A DNA stretch of 64,000 nucleotides from an uncultured virus (IMG/VR IMGVR_UViG_3300005758_000005). Its lineage: Duplodnaviria > Heunggongvirae > Uroviricota > Caudoviricetes. The translations under genes were made by a program, and so were the position numbers. Below are positions 12,838 to 23,637 of the stretch, piece after piece. The DNA is taken from IMG/VR virus record IMGVR_UViG_3300005758_000005, positions 62,001-126,000 of that record, one strand, 5' to 3'. Each line of letters opens with the position of its first letter. Position 1 is the stretch's first letter. The notes beneath the pieces were generated by a model. The model searched no databases. It worked only from the letters and a program-made list of their open reading frames with translations, and was not told the DNA's origin.

Positions 12838-15800
12838 TTGAAAAGATTATCACAAGAAGAAGAAATTCAAGTGCCACCACAAGAAGTTCAAATTACTCCA
12901 GAAGAAAGAGAAGCCTGGTTTCAAAATTCTATACCTCTATTAGAAAAGTATCAAGTTCCACAAGAATATTATCCATATTATAGACAACTAGCTAATATTT
13001 CAGCATCAGAAAGACTTTATACGATTGCTGTTAATAATTGGGGTAAATATATTGATCAAATCAAAAATGGTTTAGATACTCCAGAAGATTATCAAGCAAT
13101 ACAAATATTAAGAAAAAATCCAGGATTCAATAATTTTCCCCAAGAGAGAATTAAAGATTACATTAGATTTCTTCAAAATTATCCAGATCTATATGAAAAA
13201 TATAACTGGTCTTTTTATCAGTCAATCATGGAGAATCCAAATTTTTTCCAAGATGACAATAAACAGCTATTACTTAGTAGGTTCTTTTACTTTGGTTCAT
13301 CTCATCCTAAAAAACAAATTGATGATGCAATAAATTTTATCGAAAGAATATCTGCATACCCAGAGATATTTAATTATCTTGTAGATGAATCAAATGAAAA
13401 ATATGAAATTACAAAAACTTATTTAGATTTTTGTAATAAGTATCCAGATCAAGTAGATTTTTTCGCACAAGGTCTTAGAAGATTTAAGTTTATAAACTCT
13501 TTTTATAATTTTATTAACCAATTTGCTGAAAATAATTCAATTAATTTCAAAGAAGCAAGAGAAGCTTTTGAATTAATTGATAATGAAACTTCAAAACTAA
13601 CCGCATATAATATTAAAAAGGTAAAAGAAAATCTTAAAACTCCTGAAGATATAGAAACTTTTAATAAAGTTACTAGAAGATTTTTTGACGGCACTTTAGC
13701 TACCCCATATGAACGTGACTTGAGAGAATCTAGCAGTAAAGAAGAGTATGGCTTTTTTAGTAATGTAGATCAACATAGAGAAATTGATTCATTAATTTTT
13801 CTTGCTAAAACCACAATTGGTAAAGGAGCTGCAAATCTGCCCGATGGTAAACTATATATTTATTTAGGCGGAATGTACAAAGATGCTTTAAATCAATTAA
13901 TTAAAGTTTATTATTTCTATAAAAATAATGGAAATCTGTCAGATGAAGAAATAATTGAAAAATGCAATGATTTAAAATTATTTGATGAATCAGGTGCATC
14001 TAATATTAGCATACAAAAAGTTTTATCTAATAATCAAGATTATCAAAATATTGTACTTCAAAAATCAGGATTATCACACTTAAAAAACGACGGCAACTTG
14101 GATTTTTTGAAAGATTTTTATTATATATTTACTTATTTAAATCAAGATACTATTCAAAAAATTCTTCAAGAAATCTCTCATAAATTAAATATAACTCTAA
14201 CTAGTGATAATGTCGAACTTATCAAAAGCCAGTTTAATTTAATTCAACCAAGAATCATATCGCTTTTGCAAGCAAAAGATACATTATCAAGAACATTTAT
14301 TCCAAATAGCTTCATCAAAGATTTTCTGAATTTCTTTTTTAACAAATATCCATATCATTATAGTAATATTCTTAAAAGTTTAATTGATAATATTCAACAA
14401 ATTCCTACTGAAAAATTTTCACCACGTTATTTTGATGAATTAGTTATTAAATATATCAAATCAGATCTTAAATATTCAAGATTTGACGACTTTGAAGGTG
14501 ATATATTAGATTATGTTTCTTTATATGAAACAGGAAATACTTACTTAAATAAACTTGATTTATCTGATGAGCAAATTGAAAAAATCAAGCAATTATATGA
14601 TCAATATTCTAAAGAATTTAGATTTCCAAAATCAACTCTTATCAATTTAGCAATATTAGAAGTTACACAAGGAGTTGAATTATCAGGTGAGTTTGCAAAA
14701 AATTTTAAAAACCATGATTTGCTTGATAAAATTTCTGACACAATATTTGAATCAAAAAATAAAAATCCTAAAGATATAGAATTTATCTTAAATAAATTTT
14801 CAAATTTAGTTACACCATATTTTCTTGTAGCAATTGCAAATTCTTTAAAATATAAGACACAAAGATTTATTGAACAAATAAAATCATTACCTCTTGAAAT
14901 TATGTTATGTTTGATTTTGGATGGGGATGATGTTGAGCTTTTTGAACTAGATGATTCAGAAGCTAGAGATTATATAAACAAATTTGATAGACAATATAGA
15001 AATTTACATAAAAATACAAGAGAATATTTTGTAGTTTTATGTTTCACAATTACATATAAAAATTTATTTGGAATGCCATCAAATTTAATGATTTCTGGAA
15101 TAAATAATGATATTGATAAAGATGGAAGTTATGAAGTCATTGAACAAAGTACAGATGCTTATTCATTTTTATTATTAATTTTTGGAAAAAACATTACCAA
15201 TTGGCTTAGAAAATTTAATGATCCACATGATGCTGTTCAAGGTTTTAATATAGATTTTAATTGGCCAAGAAGTGAAAAAGCATTTGGTGATTATTTATTG
15301 AAAGCGACTTTGGGATATAAAAATCTTTCTACTTTTCCAACTCAAAAAATTAAAATGATCCAAAATTATTGGCTCGAATTGACTGAAGAAGAAAAACAAC
15401 TTCCATTTGCTCAATTATATAGCGTTTGTGATGTCAAAAATTTCAAAAAAATTCATAGTGAATATGATGTAAAAAGTGATAAATTCGCTTCTGAGTATCA
15501 ATCAGCAGCCATGAAATCTGGTTTTGAACCACTTCAAGAACATTATTTAAATTCTTTGAATGTACCGCTTCCAAGTTGGTCTAATGTCGTAATTAGTAAA
15601 GGTGGATATACAGGAAGATTTTTGCCAAGAAGTGACGCAAGAGGTATTTTTTTAGGCAAGCACACAGATTGCTGTCAATCCCCTGGCGATGCAGGAGAAG
15701 GAGCAGCTCTTTATGGGCAAATTGAACCTACTTCTGCTTTCTTTGTTGTTGAAAATAAAAAAGGTCAGATTATAGCTCAATCTTGGGTTTGGGAAGATGT

Positions 15801-16167
15801 TTCTAAAAAAATCATTGTATTTGACAATATTGAGGGAAAAGGATTAGGATACAATGATGATGACACTGATGAAGAAAGACTGCAGAAATTAAAAAGACAA
15901 AAACAAATATTTGAACTTTACACTGCATTCTCAAATATGATGCCAGATGAGTATTCTGTTTATGTTGGTGGTGGATATTCCAAAGTTGATCTTGAAGAAT
16001 TAGCTGATGAAGATAAAGTAGAGCAAGAATTTGATTATAAAGCGTCAATACCTAGAAAAAATTATGTATTAGACACTGATAGAAATCGTATAATAATTGA
16101 CGACGATAAAATTTATTCTGATGCATATAAGCAATTTAGAATTTTAAGGAGTAATAATAGTGAATAA
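12838..16167 (+). CDS. Large hypothetical protein with C-terminal GNAT-like region
   Basis: 1109 aa, TTG start after GAGG; C-terminal GKHTDCCQ...FFVVE...IIAQSWVW...FDNIE motif; N-term MKRLSQ. Confidence 0.55.
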   Translation: MKRLSQEEEIQVPPQEVQITPEEREAWFQNSIPLLEKYQVPQEYYPYYRQLANISASERLYTIAVNNWGKYIDQIKNGLDTPEDYQAIQILRKNPGFNNFPQERIKDYIRFLQNYPDLYEKYNWSFYQSIMENPNFFQDDNKQLLLSRFFYFGSSHPKKQIDDAINFIERISAYPEIFNYLVDESNEKYEITKTYLDFCNKYPDQVDFFAQGLRRFKFINSFYNFINQFAENNSINFKEAREAFELIDNETSKLTAYNIKKVKENLKTPEDIETFNKVTRRFFDGTLATPYERDLRESSSKEEYGFFSNVDQHREIDSLIFLAKTTIGKGAANLPDGKLYIYLGGMYKDALNQLIKVYYFYKNNGNLSDEEIIEKCNDLKLFDESGASNISIQKVLSNNQDYQNIVLQKSGLSHLKNDGNLDFLKDFYYIFTYLNQDTIQKILQEISHKLNITLTSDNVELIKSQFNLIQPRIISLLQAKDTLSRTFIPNSFIKDFLNFFFNKYPYHYSNILKSLIDNIQQIPTEKFSPRYFDELVIKYIKSDLKYSRFDDFEGDILDYVSLYETGNTYLNKLDLSDEQIEKIKQLYDQYSKEFRFPKSTLINLAILEVTQGVELSGEFAKNFKNHDLLDKISDTIFESKNKNPKDIEFILNKFSNLVTPYFLVAIANSLKYKTQRFIEQIKSLPLEIMLCLILDGDDVELFELDDSEARDYINKFDRQYRNLHKNTREYFVVLCFTITYKNLFGMPSNLMISGINNDIDKDGSYEVIEQSTDAYSFLLLIFGKNITNWLRKFNDPHDAVQGFNIDFNWPRSEKAFGDYLLKATLGYKNLSTFPTQKIKMIQNYWLELTEEEKQLPFAQLYSVCDVKNFKKIHSEYDVKSDKFASEYQSAAMKSGFEPLQEHYLNSLNVPLPSWSNVVISKGGYTGRFLPRSDARGIFLGKHTDCCQSPGDAGEGAALYGQIEPTSAFFVVENKKGQIIAQSWVWEDVSKKIIVFDNIEGKGLGYNDDDTDEERLQKLKRQKQIFELYTAFSNMMPDEYSVYVGGGYSKVDLEELADEDKVEQEFDYKASIPRKNYVLDTDRNRIIIDDDKIYSDAYKQFRILRSNNSE

Positions 16168-16519
16168 AAAAATAATGATTCTATTATCTGTAAGTTTCTT
16201 GTTAATGGGAAGTTATGTAGAAAAAACAAAATCTTTGGAATTTAGTGGACAACGATATTTTAAGATTGTTGATACTAATGGAAGATTCGATAAAGTACAA
16301 GAACGATTCAATGCCTTATGTTTGAGATATGGTGTTAAAAGCTCTGATGTTTCTGAAGCAAAAGTAAATGGAAATTGGTGTGTAGTTGTTGGAGATAAAG
16401 TTCTTGTAACTGTAACAAATGCAGATTCCAAACTACATAAAACTTCACATGAAAAATTAGCTAAAATATGGGCAAAAAACGTAGCAAAACATATTGAATC
16501 TGTAACACCATTAAATTAA
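16160..16519 (+). CDS. Secreted/membrane-anchored hypothetical protein
   Basis: Signal-peptide-like N-terminus MNKKIMILLSVSFLL; AGGAG RBS. Confidence 0.55.
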   Translation: MNKKIMILLSVSFLLMGSYVEKTKSLEFSGQRYFKIVDTNGRFDKVQERFNALCLRYGVKSSDVSEAKVNGNWCVVVGDKVLVTVTNADSKLHKTSHEKLAKIWAKNVAKHIESVTPLN

Positions 16520-16574
16520 TTTTTAACTTGATATTTAATTAAAAAGGAGCCTATTTCTAGGCTCCTTTTATTTG

Positions 16575-17543
16575 TTATCTTACTGGAAAACCAGCCTGGT
16601 CTAGAATCTGTTGTCCTGTTGGGTAATAACTCTTACCCCAGAGGAAGTTGTTTGGATTAATAGTTGCTTCAAAACGATGAAACTTTGCATGTCCATCAGC
16701 AAATACATAATTAGAACCACCTGTATGACGACCTGGCTCCATGAACCGAATATGCAGTCCGCCATCAGCTGCAACGGATCTACATCCACCAGTACCATTT
16801 TGTGCACTAGAATCAGATGGTCCACCCCAGCCCTCAGCTCCTTCTGCAGCAGCCTTAGTAATAGCAAAGATTGATCCTGACGCATCCGCAAAACTTTGTC
16901 CTGCCCATTGACCGCCAGAAACTGTACGCATTATGGCATTTGTTGGTCGGTGAGACTTGTTTCTTCGTTCAGTATTGAGTTGGCCAGTTGAACCTAAAAA
17001 GATACAATTTAAGTGATTAGTTGCTTCTGCAATGGCAATAACATCAGCTGGAGCATCAATTGCAGCGATAGGAACAACGTTTGGAGCATCTTGAGGGCCA
17101 CGCTTACGAGGAAGAACAGCCGAATTAGGAACATAGGAAAGACGAGGAACCTGAGCTTCGCATCCAAGGGTATTTACATCTGTCCAAGGCATACAAGGAG
17201 GATTGTCTGGACCTACTCCACCGTTCTTATCAGATGGACATACCCAAACTTTGTCACTCTTGATATATGGCTGTACCATTGCAGAATAATGAATATATCC
17301 ACCAGCTGATCCGCCATTAGTCGTTGCGGTGTTGTTCTTGTACATGTATGCAGTCGGATAGGTTTCATCATAATCCTGAGTGTACATCATAAGACCAATT
17401 CCAATTTGCTTCTCATTCGACAAACAACTTGCCGATCGGGCCTTCTCACGAGCCTGGGCAAACACTGGGAAGAGGATAGCTGCCAAAATCGCAATAATAG
17501 CAATGACAACTAAGAGTTCAATTAAAGTAAAAGCTTTTTTCAT
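16575..17543 (-). CDS. Prepilin-type N-terminal cleavage/methylation protein, DUF1559 and H-X9-DG family
   Basis: [50 protein letters not shown]-terminal [16 protein letters not shown]. Confidence 0.92.
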   Translation of the reverse strand: MKKAFTLIELLVVIAIIAILAAILFPVFAQAREKARSASCLSNEKQIGIGLMMYTQDYDETYPTAYMYKNNTATTNGGSAGGYIHYSAMVQPYIKSDKVWVCPSDKNGGVGPDNPPCMPWTDVNTLGCEAQVPRLSYVPNSAVLPRKRGPQDAPNVVPIAAIDAPADVIAIAEATNHLNCIFLGSTGQLNTERRNKSHRPTNAIMRTVSGGQWAGQSFADASGSIFAITKAAAEGAEGWGGPSDSSAQNGTGGCRSVAADGGLHIRFMEPGRHTGGSNYVFADGHAKFHRFEATINPNNFLWGKSYYPTGQQILDQAGFPVR

Positions 17544-17666
17544 ATTTTTTGACCTTTCGCTTTGCGCTAATATAATATTCCACGTAAATAATCATAAAAT
17601 ATTAAGTGATTGTTAAGAAACTTATTTTTGCAAGAACTATTCAAAAATTTCTTAAAAATTATAACT

Positions 17667-18275
17667 ATGTGGCATATAATCGACTATATTCAATTAAAAC
17701 TAAAAGGCTATAAAGCTATCGGCCATGTTAGATATAAAAATGAATCTATGGCCCCAAATGAATGGAAAAGATCATTATGGGATAGGTTAAAACACAATGA
17801 TCTTTTTTCTCCAATAAATATAAATTCAGAAGAGCATAAGAAAGAATTTAGAGTATTTATTCAAGGCAAAGTTATTATAGTTGCAGTTAACATTTTTCTT
17901 TTCTCTTTCATATACTCGTTTGCAAAAGACTCATATACAATCTTAAAAGCTAAATATAACCTCTATAAAATCGAAAGTATAGATTTTAATAAAGAAATTC
18001 CAAAAGATTTAGCAACATCATATAACTGGAAAAAATTTAAAAGAGATCAATATTTAAAATCTAATGAAATAGATAAATATACACAATCAAATAAAGAGAT
18101 AATTGAAATAGATAGATGGATAGAATATTCCAGAGAGAAATCTAAAAAAGATTATTTTGAATACAATTATGATCTAATAAAAAGCAATTTGTTTTCTTTT
18201 GGTAATAATCTACTTATAATATATATGATTTCTAAATATTACTGGAAAAGAAATAAAAAGCGAAATACAGAATAA
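17667..18275 (+). CDS. Hypothetical membrane protein
   Basis: Probable start MWHII; two hydrophobic segments. Confidence 0.5.
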   Translation: MWHIIDYIQLKLKGYKAIGHVRYKNESMAPNEWKRSLWDRLKHNDLFSPININSEEHKKEFRVFIQGKVIIVAVNIFLFSFIYSFAKDSYTILKAKYNLYKIESIDFNKEIPKDLATSYNWKKFKRDQYLKSNEIDKYTQSNKEIIEIDRWIEYSREKSKKDYFEYNYDLIKSNLFSFGNNLLIIYMISKYYWKRNKKRNTE

Positions 18276-18282
18276 AAACATT

Positions 18283-18642
18283 ATGAAAAGATATGCTGAC
18301 AAATTTCAAGATCAATTGCAAAATATGATCAATATTCTCGACCAATTCAATTCTCTTTATTCTGAAACAAGTAGATATGGAAATAAAGATGTTTCTGCAT
18401 TAGATGCTCAAGCAGAAATGTTACAATCTGAATTTTCAAGATTAATGAGATTATATATTGAAAGCAAATCTGGAGAAGTTACAAGAAGATATTTAGATAG
18501 AGTAGATAGAGCTGATACACCAGGGCAATTAGATAGAATTAAAAGAAAAATGCAAACTGAAAAATTCCCTGTAGATCAAGAAGCTGTATTAAATGCCATA
18601 TCTGAAAAACTTAAATCAAGAGGATATGATGATGTGGTATAA
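18283..18642 (+). CDS. Hypothetical helical protein (N-term MKRYA)
   Basis: 119-aa ORF overlapping the next start. Confidence 0.55.
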   Translation: MKRYADKFQDQLQNMINILDQFNSLYSETSRYGNKDVSALDAQAEMLQSEFSRLMRLYIESKSGEVTRRYLDRVDRADTPGQLDRIKRKMQTEKFPVDQEAVLNAISEKLKSRGYDDVV

Positions 18643-19195
18643 ACTTGCTGCTATAAGAGTCAATGACCAAGAAGTTCCAGAAGAAGATTTCCTTAAAAAA
18701 TTTATCAATGTTGCTACTAATGTTAATAAACAACATTATTGGATAGTTAATGGCGAAAAGTATGCTCCACCAGAAAACTATGGACATAACTACACTGCCA
18801 TGATGCTTAAATTACAACATGGTGTCTATCCAAATGATCCAGATTTTAATGAAACACCTATTGAATTTGTTGGAAGAGGAATTGGGAGCATGGCTAATGG
18901 CGGAACAATAAGAGTTAGCCAGATGTTAGATGATGCTGATCTTTCTATATATGGACCTGTCAGCGATAATACTCTTGAAAACATACTAAAATTTATATCC
19001 CCAGACTGTATAGGTCAATGGGAAATTCTTAATGTTGCTGGAAACCCAAATGGAAGAGGATTTGATTCTCTTAAACAAACAATCCAGAATCTTACATTAG
19101 GACTTAATCAAAACACAAAAGAAGAAATTGACACTGCTCCTATCAAAAGAGTTGACAACACTCCATCATTTTATAAAGGCAGATCTGGAGACTAA
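18632..19195 (+). CDS. MWY-leader hypothetical protein ending in PSFYKGRSGD
   Basis: Start reassigned to MWYKLA, downstream of GAGG. Confidence 0.6.
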   Translation: MWYKLAAIRVNDQEVPEEDFLKKFINVATNVNKQHYWIVNGEKYAPPENYGHNYTAMMLKLQHGVYPNDPDFNETPIEFVGRGIGSMANGGTIRVSQMLDDADLSIYGPVSDNTLENILKFISPDCIGQWEILNVAGNPNGRGFDSLKQTIQNLTLGLNQNTKEEIDTAPIKRVDNTPSFYKGRSGD

Positions 19196-19219
19196 TTTTA
19201 GCCTCAAAATCATCTAATT

Positions 19220-19588
19220 TCACTCAGTTACACAATAAGATATACAAACAGTTGGCTCCCAGAAAGATTGCAAATATCGTACCTTTACAGAATTAACATA
19301 TCTAGTAGTGTCATTAGGAACAATTTTTGCTCTTACTAATAAATCTACAATAGGTTTTATCAAATTGTCAGAGTCGTGTTTCATCTTCCAATTCATATCT
19401 GCCATAACTAAAATTTCTACATCAACTGGAAATGAATCAGCTGGCAACATAGATTCAACAATTATTGGTAAATTCTTATCTATCCATTCTCTATATTTTT
19501 TACTTTTAATTAATTTGCCATAAGCTACTGGAGTGTACATCTTATTTGCTGAAAATGGATGTGTAATAGTACAATACTTCTTAAGCAT
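19220..19588 (-). CDS. RusA-like Holliday junction resolvase
   Basis: PFSANKMY...DSDNLIKPIVDLL...NDT motif matches the RusA DxDNxxK..D signature. Confidence 0.75.
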   Translation of the reverse strand: MLKKYCTITHPFSANKMYTPVAYGKLIKSKKYREWIDKNLPIIVESMLPADSFPVDVEILVMADMNWKMKHDSDNLIKPIVDLLVRAKIVPNDTTRYVNSVKVRYLQSFWEPTVCISYCVTE

Positions 19589-19636
19589 ATATTTCTTTTA
19601 CAGGGATATAGGAGTAAAATCGGTAAAATTAAAATC

Positions 19637-21322
19637 ATGTGGTATCGAATATCTAATCAATTACAATTACCTGAAACTGATGTCCCTCAAAATCCTGTAG
19701 AACCAGAAGTCCAGGAAGAAGAGCAAGAGCAACCTCAGCTTTTAGAAACAGAAAAACCAACGCAAAGCTTATTTTTTAGTGAATGGGCTAAGGATCATTA
19801 TGTTCCAACTCAACCTGTTTATCATGGGACGACTCACGACTTTGACGAATTTCAAATTATCAACACTGGAGATAATTCTTTAGGTGATGGTTTCTATTTC
19901 ACTAGTGAAGACAAAGAAGCTGAAAAATTCTATACAGGAAAAGGCGGAGATCAACTGCGACAAATTGATCGAATCGCCACAGATTTTGCTGATTCATATT
20001 ATGGCAACGATGATGAACTATTTGAATTGTTTGGTGATAAATATCCAGAATGTTTCCAAGATGGCGAAGTTAAAGATGCTTATGAATTAGGTGAAAAAAT
20101 TGGATCTGATCGAATTCTTGGAGGAAAACCTAAAGTAATTCCAGCTCATATTAGAATGAAAAATCCATTTGTCTTAACTCAAATGAATCCTAACTTTCCT
20201 TACAGCCCAACTATGTTTTATGATGATTTCCAAGAAGAAGAAATTCCAGAAGCTGATGGGGATGATGGATATGACCCTGAAAATAATGAATCGCCAGAAA
20301 AATTAATTATTGAAAAAGATGGAGAGAAAAAATATTCTTTCAAAACATTAATTCACAAACTCTATGATATTTTATTAGAATATTATGAAGATTATAATGC
20401 TTATGAATTTATTAACCAAGTAATATTAGATAATGCAAACCCTGGTGCAGATATCAACGCAATGCATATTTTCCAATCTATAACAAATCAAACTGAATAT
20501 TTCAAACATCAATATGAAGATGATTACCATAGCGAAATAGTAAAAAAACTTATGGAATCTTTAGGTTTTGACAGCATTATCCAAGACCCAAAGGCATTCT
20601 GGCCATCTAATGAATATGAACCAGGAACACAACATTATTTCTTATGGAAGCCTGAGAACATTAAACACGCTAGAGAAAATATTGAATTTAATCCTGATAG
20701 CAGAAAAATTTATTCAGCCTATATGTTTAATCCAGAAGGTCAAGGTGTTTTAGATTTAGGCATCAAGCTAAAATATGACCCATCTAATTATGAAGCTAGA
20801 ATTGAGAAAGAAAGAAATGACAAGAATTCTCACATGCTAGATATTGGAGCTTATATTAAAGGTACAAATATCAAACTAGGACAGATTGATTTATTTTGTG
20901 ATAAATCAGTTCCACCTGAAGAAAGATATGTAGATGTTGAATTAGTTTTAGTCTATGATAATAATAAAAGTTTTAAACAACAACTAAGACAACAATATAA
21001 TCCACTTGAAATAGATGAATTTAGTGGATCAAGAGTTAAATGGGGTATTGGAGAATTTCTTTATAACGCTGCAAGAAAATTGATCCAAGAAAAAATGCCT
21101 GAAGTGAAATATATTGCTGGTAATATTCATAGTAAAGAAGCATTCAAAGCAAGAAATAAAGCGTTCGGTGATCCTTTAGAAATAAAAGATGTTAATACAG
21201 ACACTAATGTTTCTCAATTAGATGCTCAAAAACAAATTCCATATATGGTTTTTGATGAATATACAGAACAACCAGAATTTCGAACAGATGACGCATTTTG
21301 GGTAAAACATAATGTGGTATAA
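19637..21322 (+). CDS. MWY-leader protein with ADP-ribosyltransferase-like (polyvalent ART) domain and possible C-terminal GNAT-like domain
   Basis: VYHGT...GDGFYFTS...AEKF...LGFDSII; later KWGIGEFLYNAA. Confidence 0.6.
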   Translation: MWYRISNQLQLPETDVPQNPVEPEVQEEEQEQPQLLETEKPTQSLFFSEWAKDHYVPTQPVYHGTTHDFDEFQIINTGDNSLGDGFYFTSEDKEAEKFYTGKGGDQLRQIDRIATDFADSYYGNDDELFELFGDKYPECFQDGEVKDAYELGEKIGSDRILGGKPKVIPAHIRMKNPFVLTQMNPNFPYSPTMFYDDFQEEEIPEADGDDGYDPENNESPEKLIIEKDGEKKYSFKTLIHKLYDILLEYYEDYNAYEFINQVILDNANPGADINAMHIFQSITNQTEYFKHQYEDDYHSEIVKKLMESLGFDSIIQDPKAFWPSNEYEPGTQHYFLWKPENIKHARENIEFNPDSRKIYSAYMFNPEGQGVLDLGIKLKYDPSNYEARIEKERNDKNSHMLDIGAYIKGTNIKLGQIDLFCDKSVPPEERYVDVELVLVYDNNKSFKQQLRQQYNPLEIDEFSGSRVKWGIGEFLYNAARKLIQEKMPEVKYIAGNIHSKEAFKARNKAFGDPLEIKDVNTDTNVSQLDAQKQIPYMVFDEYTEQPEFRTDDAFWVKHNVV

Positions 21323-22214
21323 ATTCGCTGCTCAAGGAATAATTCAACACCAAGTATCTGACCAAGAAATAGATGCGCTTGTAGATAGATCTCTTATTGA
21401 CACTGGATCAACATATTTAATCAATCAATTCTCCCTAAGAGATGGATTGCTGGATTTATTCCCAAGCCTTAATAATGTCAAATTTCAAAGCCTACCTGAT
21501 GAATTTGGACTCTATAATATCACAACTCAAGAATTAATATTAGAAGATGAAATTGCAAAAGAAGATTTAGGCCTTTTTAAAACCAATTTACATCACGAAC
21601 TTCAACATGTAGCAGATCCAAATCTTAAAAGAAATCATGAATATATTAATAAAATAGCTGATGATGCAACTTTAGCTCTTATTATTGATATTCCTGAAGT
21701 TGATGAAGATACAGTTTTCCCAACATATGAAGAGACTGTAAACAAAATTTTCCTCAAATACATGAATAGAAAACCAACAGAATATGACACTCCATTCTTA
21801 GACAAAATTAAAAATAAATATTCAGAAGAACAATTCAATGATGTTATTAATAGAATTAAATCTGGAGATCATCCCTATTATAATTCTCCTATTGAAAAAG
21901 CAGCAAATTTAAAAGATTTCACAAGAATTTTCTCTGTAAGCAATCTATTAGGAATAAAAGATTTAATTTCTAAAAAACCATCATATACAATGGAAAAACA
22001 TATCAAGGTTATTAGCGATATCTTAAGATCTCCATCCTCAGATAAATTTAAAGCTGTACTTGGATTGTTAGAAATAAAATATCCAGAAGCTGAACAAACT
22101 ATTGACCCTCTGTTTATCTTAAATGCCAACACAAGCCCAAAATATGAAAAGCAATTTAAAAAACAATTGGGAAATATTATCAACGAATTACAAGAATTAT
22201 TAAAAGAGAACTAA
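21312..22214 (+). CDS. MWY-leader zincin-like metallopeptidase
   Basis: GLYN...LHHELQHV (HExxH) with downstream YYNSPIEKAA. Confidence 0.6.
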   Translation: MWYKFAAQGIIQHQVSDQEIDALVDRSLIDTGSTYLINQFSLRDGLLDLFPSLNNVKFQSLPDEFGLYNITTQELILEDEIAKEDLGLFKTNLHHELQHVADPNLKRNHEYINKIADDATLALIIDIPEVDEDTVFPTYEETVNKIFLKYMNRKPTEYDTPFLDKIKNKYSEEQFNDVINRIKSGDHPYYNSPIEKAANLKDFTRIFSVSNLLGIKDLISKKPSYTMEKHIKVISDILRSPSSDKFKAVLGLLEIKYPEAEQTIDPLFILNANTSPKYEKQFKKQLGNIINELQELLKEN

Positions 22215-22215
22215 C

Positions 22216-22725
22216 ATGTGGTACAAAAAAGCAATTCTTCTTACAGATATTGAAATCGAAATGGAACTTCTTCATAATGCAAAAACCACTGAAGATATAC
22301 ATAAGAATTACAGAAATCTATCTAAAAGACACCACCCTGATGTAAATCCTGATCCAGACTCTACTAAAAATTTTCAAAACATTCAAAATATTTATGATGA
22401 AGTGAAAGATCAACCACTCTACTCAACTGAAGATTTTACAAGCAGAGAAATGACAGAAGATGATGTTAGAGATAATATAGAACTTCAAGATAATTTTCTA
22501 AATACAGATGAAGAAGCACTTAAAATGGGCATACTTCAATCTGTAGAAACATACTTCAATAATAATGTTCCAGATAATTATGACACACCTGATTTTGAAA
22601 TGTATGAATCTTTAACCGAACAAATTTATAATCAAGTTAAAGATATTCAGCCAACACCATATGAAACAATTGCAAATCTAATTAATAATATGGCTGGAAA
22701 CTACATTAGAGAAAATTATAGCTAA
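22216..22725 (+). CDS. MWY-leader J-domain (DnaJ-like) protein
   Basis: IHKNYRNLSKRHHPDVN...FQNIQNIYD (HPD motif). Confidence 0.8.
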   Translation: MWYKKAILLTDIEIEMELLHNAKTTEDIHKNYRNLSKRHHPDVNPDPDSTKNFQNIQNIYDEVKDQPLYSTEDFTSREMTEDDVRDNIELQDNFLNTDEEALKMGILQSVETYFNNNVPDNYDTPDFEMYESLTEQIYNQVKDIQPTPYETIANLINNMAGNYIRENYS

Positions 22726-22943
22726 TTCTTCTTCAAACTCTTAGCATATTTTAACATACTATCCACCTGAGCTTTTGATGGAATTTCAGGACTGTCTCTT
22801 CTATACATGTCATAAATTGTTTTCCGAAGATCTTTTGTTTTAGGATTTTTAAACAATATTGCAGCAGGTTCGTGGCATCCAATACAACGTTCCTTATATT
22901 CAATCTTAGGATCTATTAACATTAAAAATAATATTAACTCCAC
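22722..22943 (-). CDS. Small protein with CxxCH heme-binding motif (possible c-type cytochrome)
   Basis: Short hydrophobic N-terminus, YKERCIGCH, downstream Met residues. Confidence 0.4.
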   Translation of the reverse strand: MELILFLMLIDPKIEYKERCIGCHEPAAILFKNPKTKDLRKTIYDMYRRDSPEIPSKAQVDSMLKYAKSLKKN

Positions 22944-23539
22944 TGAACATCACACTCTTCTCTAATACAAAAATCTGCCAAAGCTTCTAACTGTAATAAC
23001 TTACCCTCAATATAATTTACATCAATTCCGCCACCGTATGTTCTGGGGCCGTCTTCATCAGGTCTAGTGAATTCTTCTAATATCCTAGAACCTTTAACAC
23101 TTTCAATTTTCCTCAGTAATGCTAAAGGCGAAATAGAACCCACATCATCACTATTATCTATATTCAACAACTGGAAAATTGTGCGGGCATTCATATTTGA
23201 CAATTGAACAGTATAAGAATCAGAAGGCATATGGGCAATACAACTTAAACTCATTACAACTTTACCATTTTTAACAATATTAAATTCTGGAAAAGCACCA
23301 CCCTCATCCATTACCAGATTACCAAACTGCCTGTACTCAGAAATCCAAAATGATAAAGGCTGATAACCATTCTTCTGTACATATTTATAAAAATAATAAG
23401 CCATATCATCATCATATTTATCAGCTAAGATTTTTCTTAAAGAACCATCAGGATCTTCATAAATACGTTCATGACAAAATTCATACAGGGTGTCATCATT
23501 AACTTCTTTGCGCAAATTAGCACTAAATTCAATACTCAT
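22934..23539 (-). CDS. Hypothetical protein
   Basis: 201-aa ORF. Confidence 0.6.
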   Translation of the reverse strand: MSIEFSANLRKEVNDDTLYEFCHERIYEDPDGSLRKILADKYDDDMAYYFYKYVQKNGYQPLSFWISEYRQFGNLVMDEGGAFPEFNIVKNGKVVMSLSCIAHMPSDSYTVQLSNMNARTIFQLLNIDNSDDVGSISPLALLRKIESVKGSRILEEFTRPDEDGPRTYGGGIDVNYIEGKLLQLEALADFCIREECDVQWS

Positions 23540-23637
23540 AATACTTTTTTTATAAAATTAATGTTAAAAATACCTTCAAGAGGATTTTTTAAAGATATTC
23601 AGTAAAAATATGTTAATACCTCAAAAAGTAAAACATT

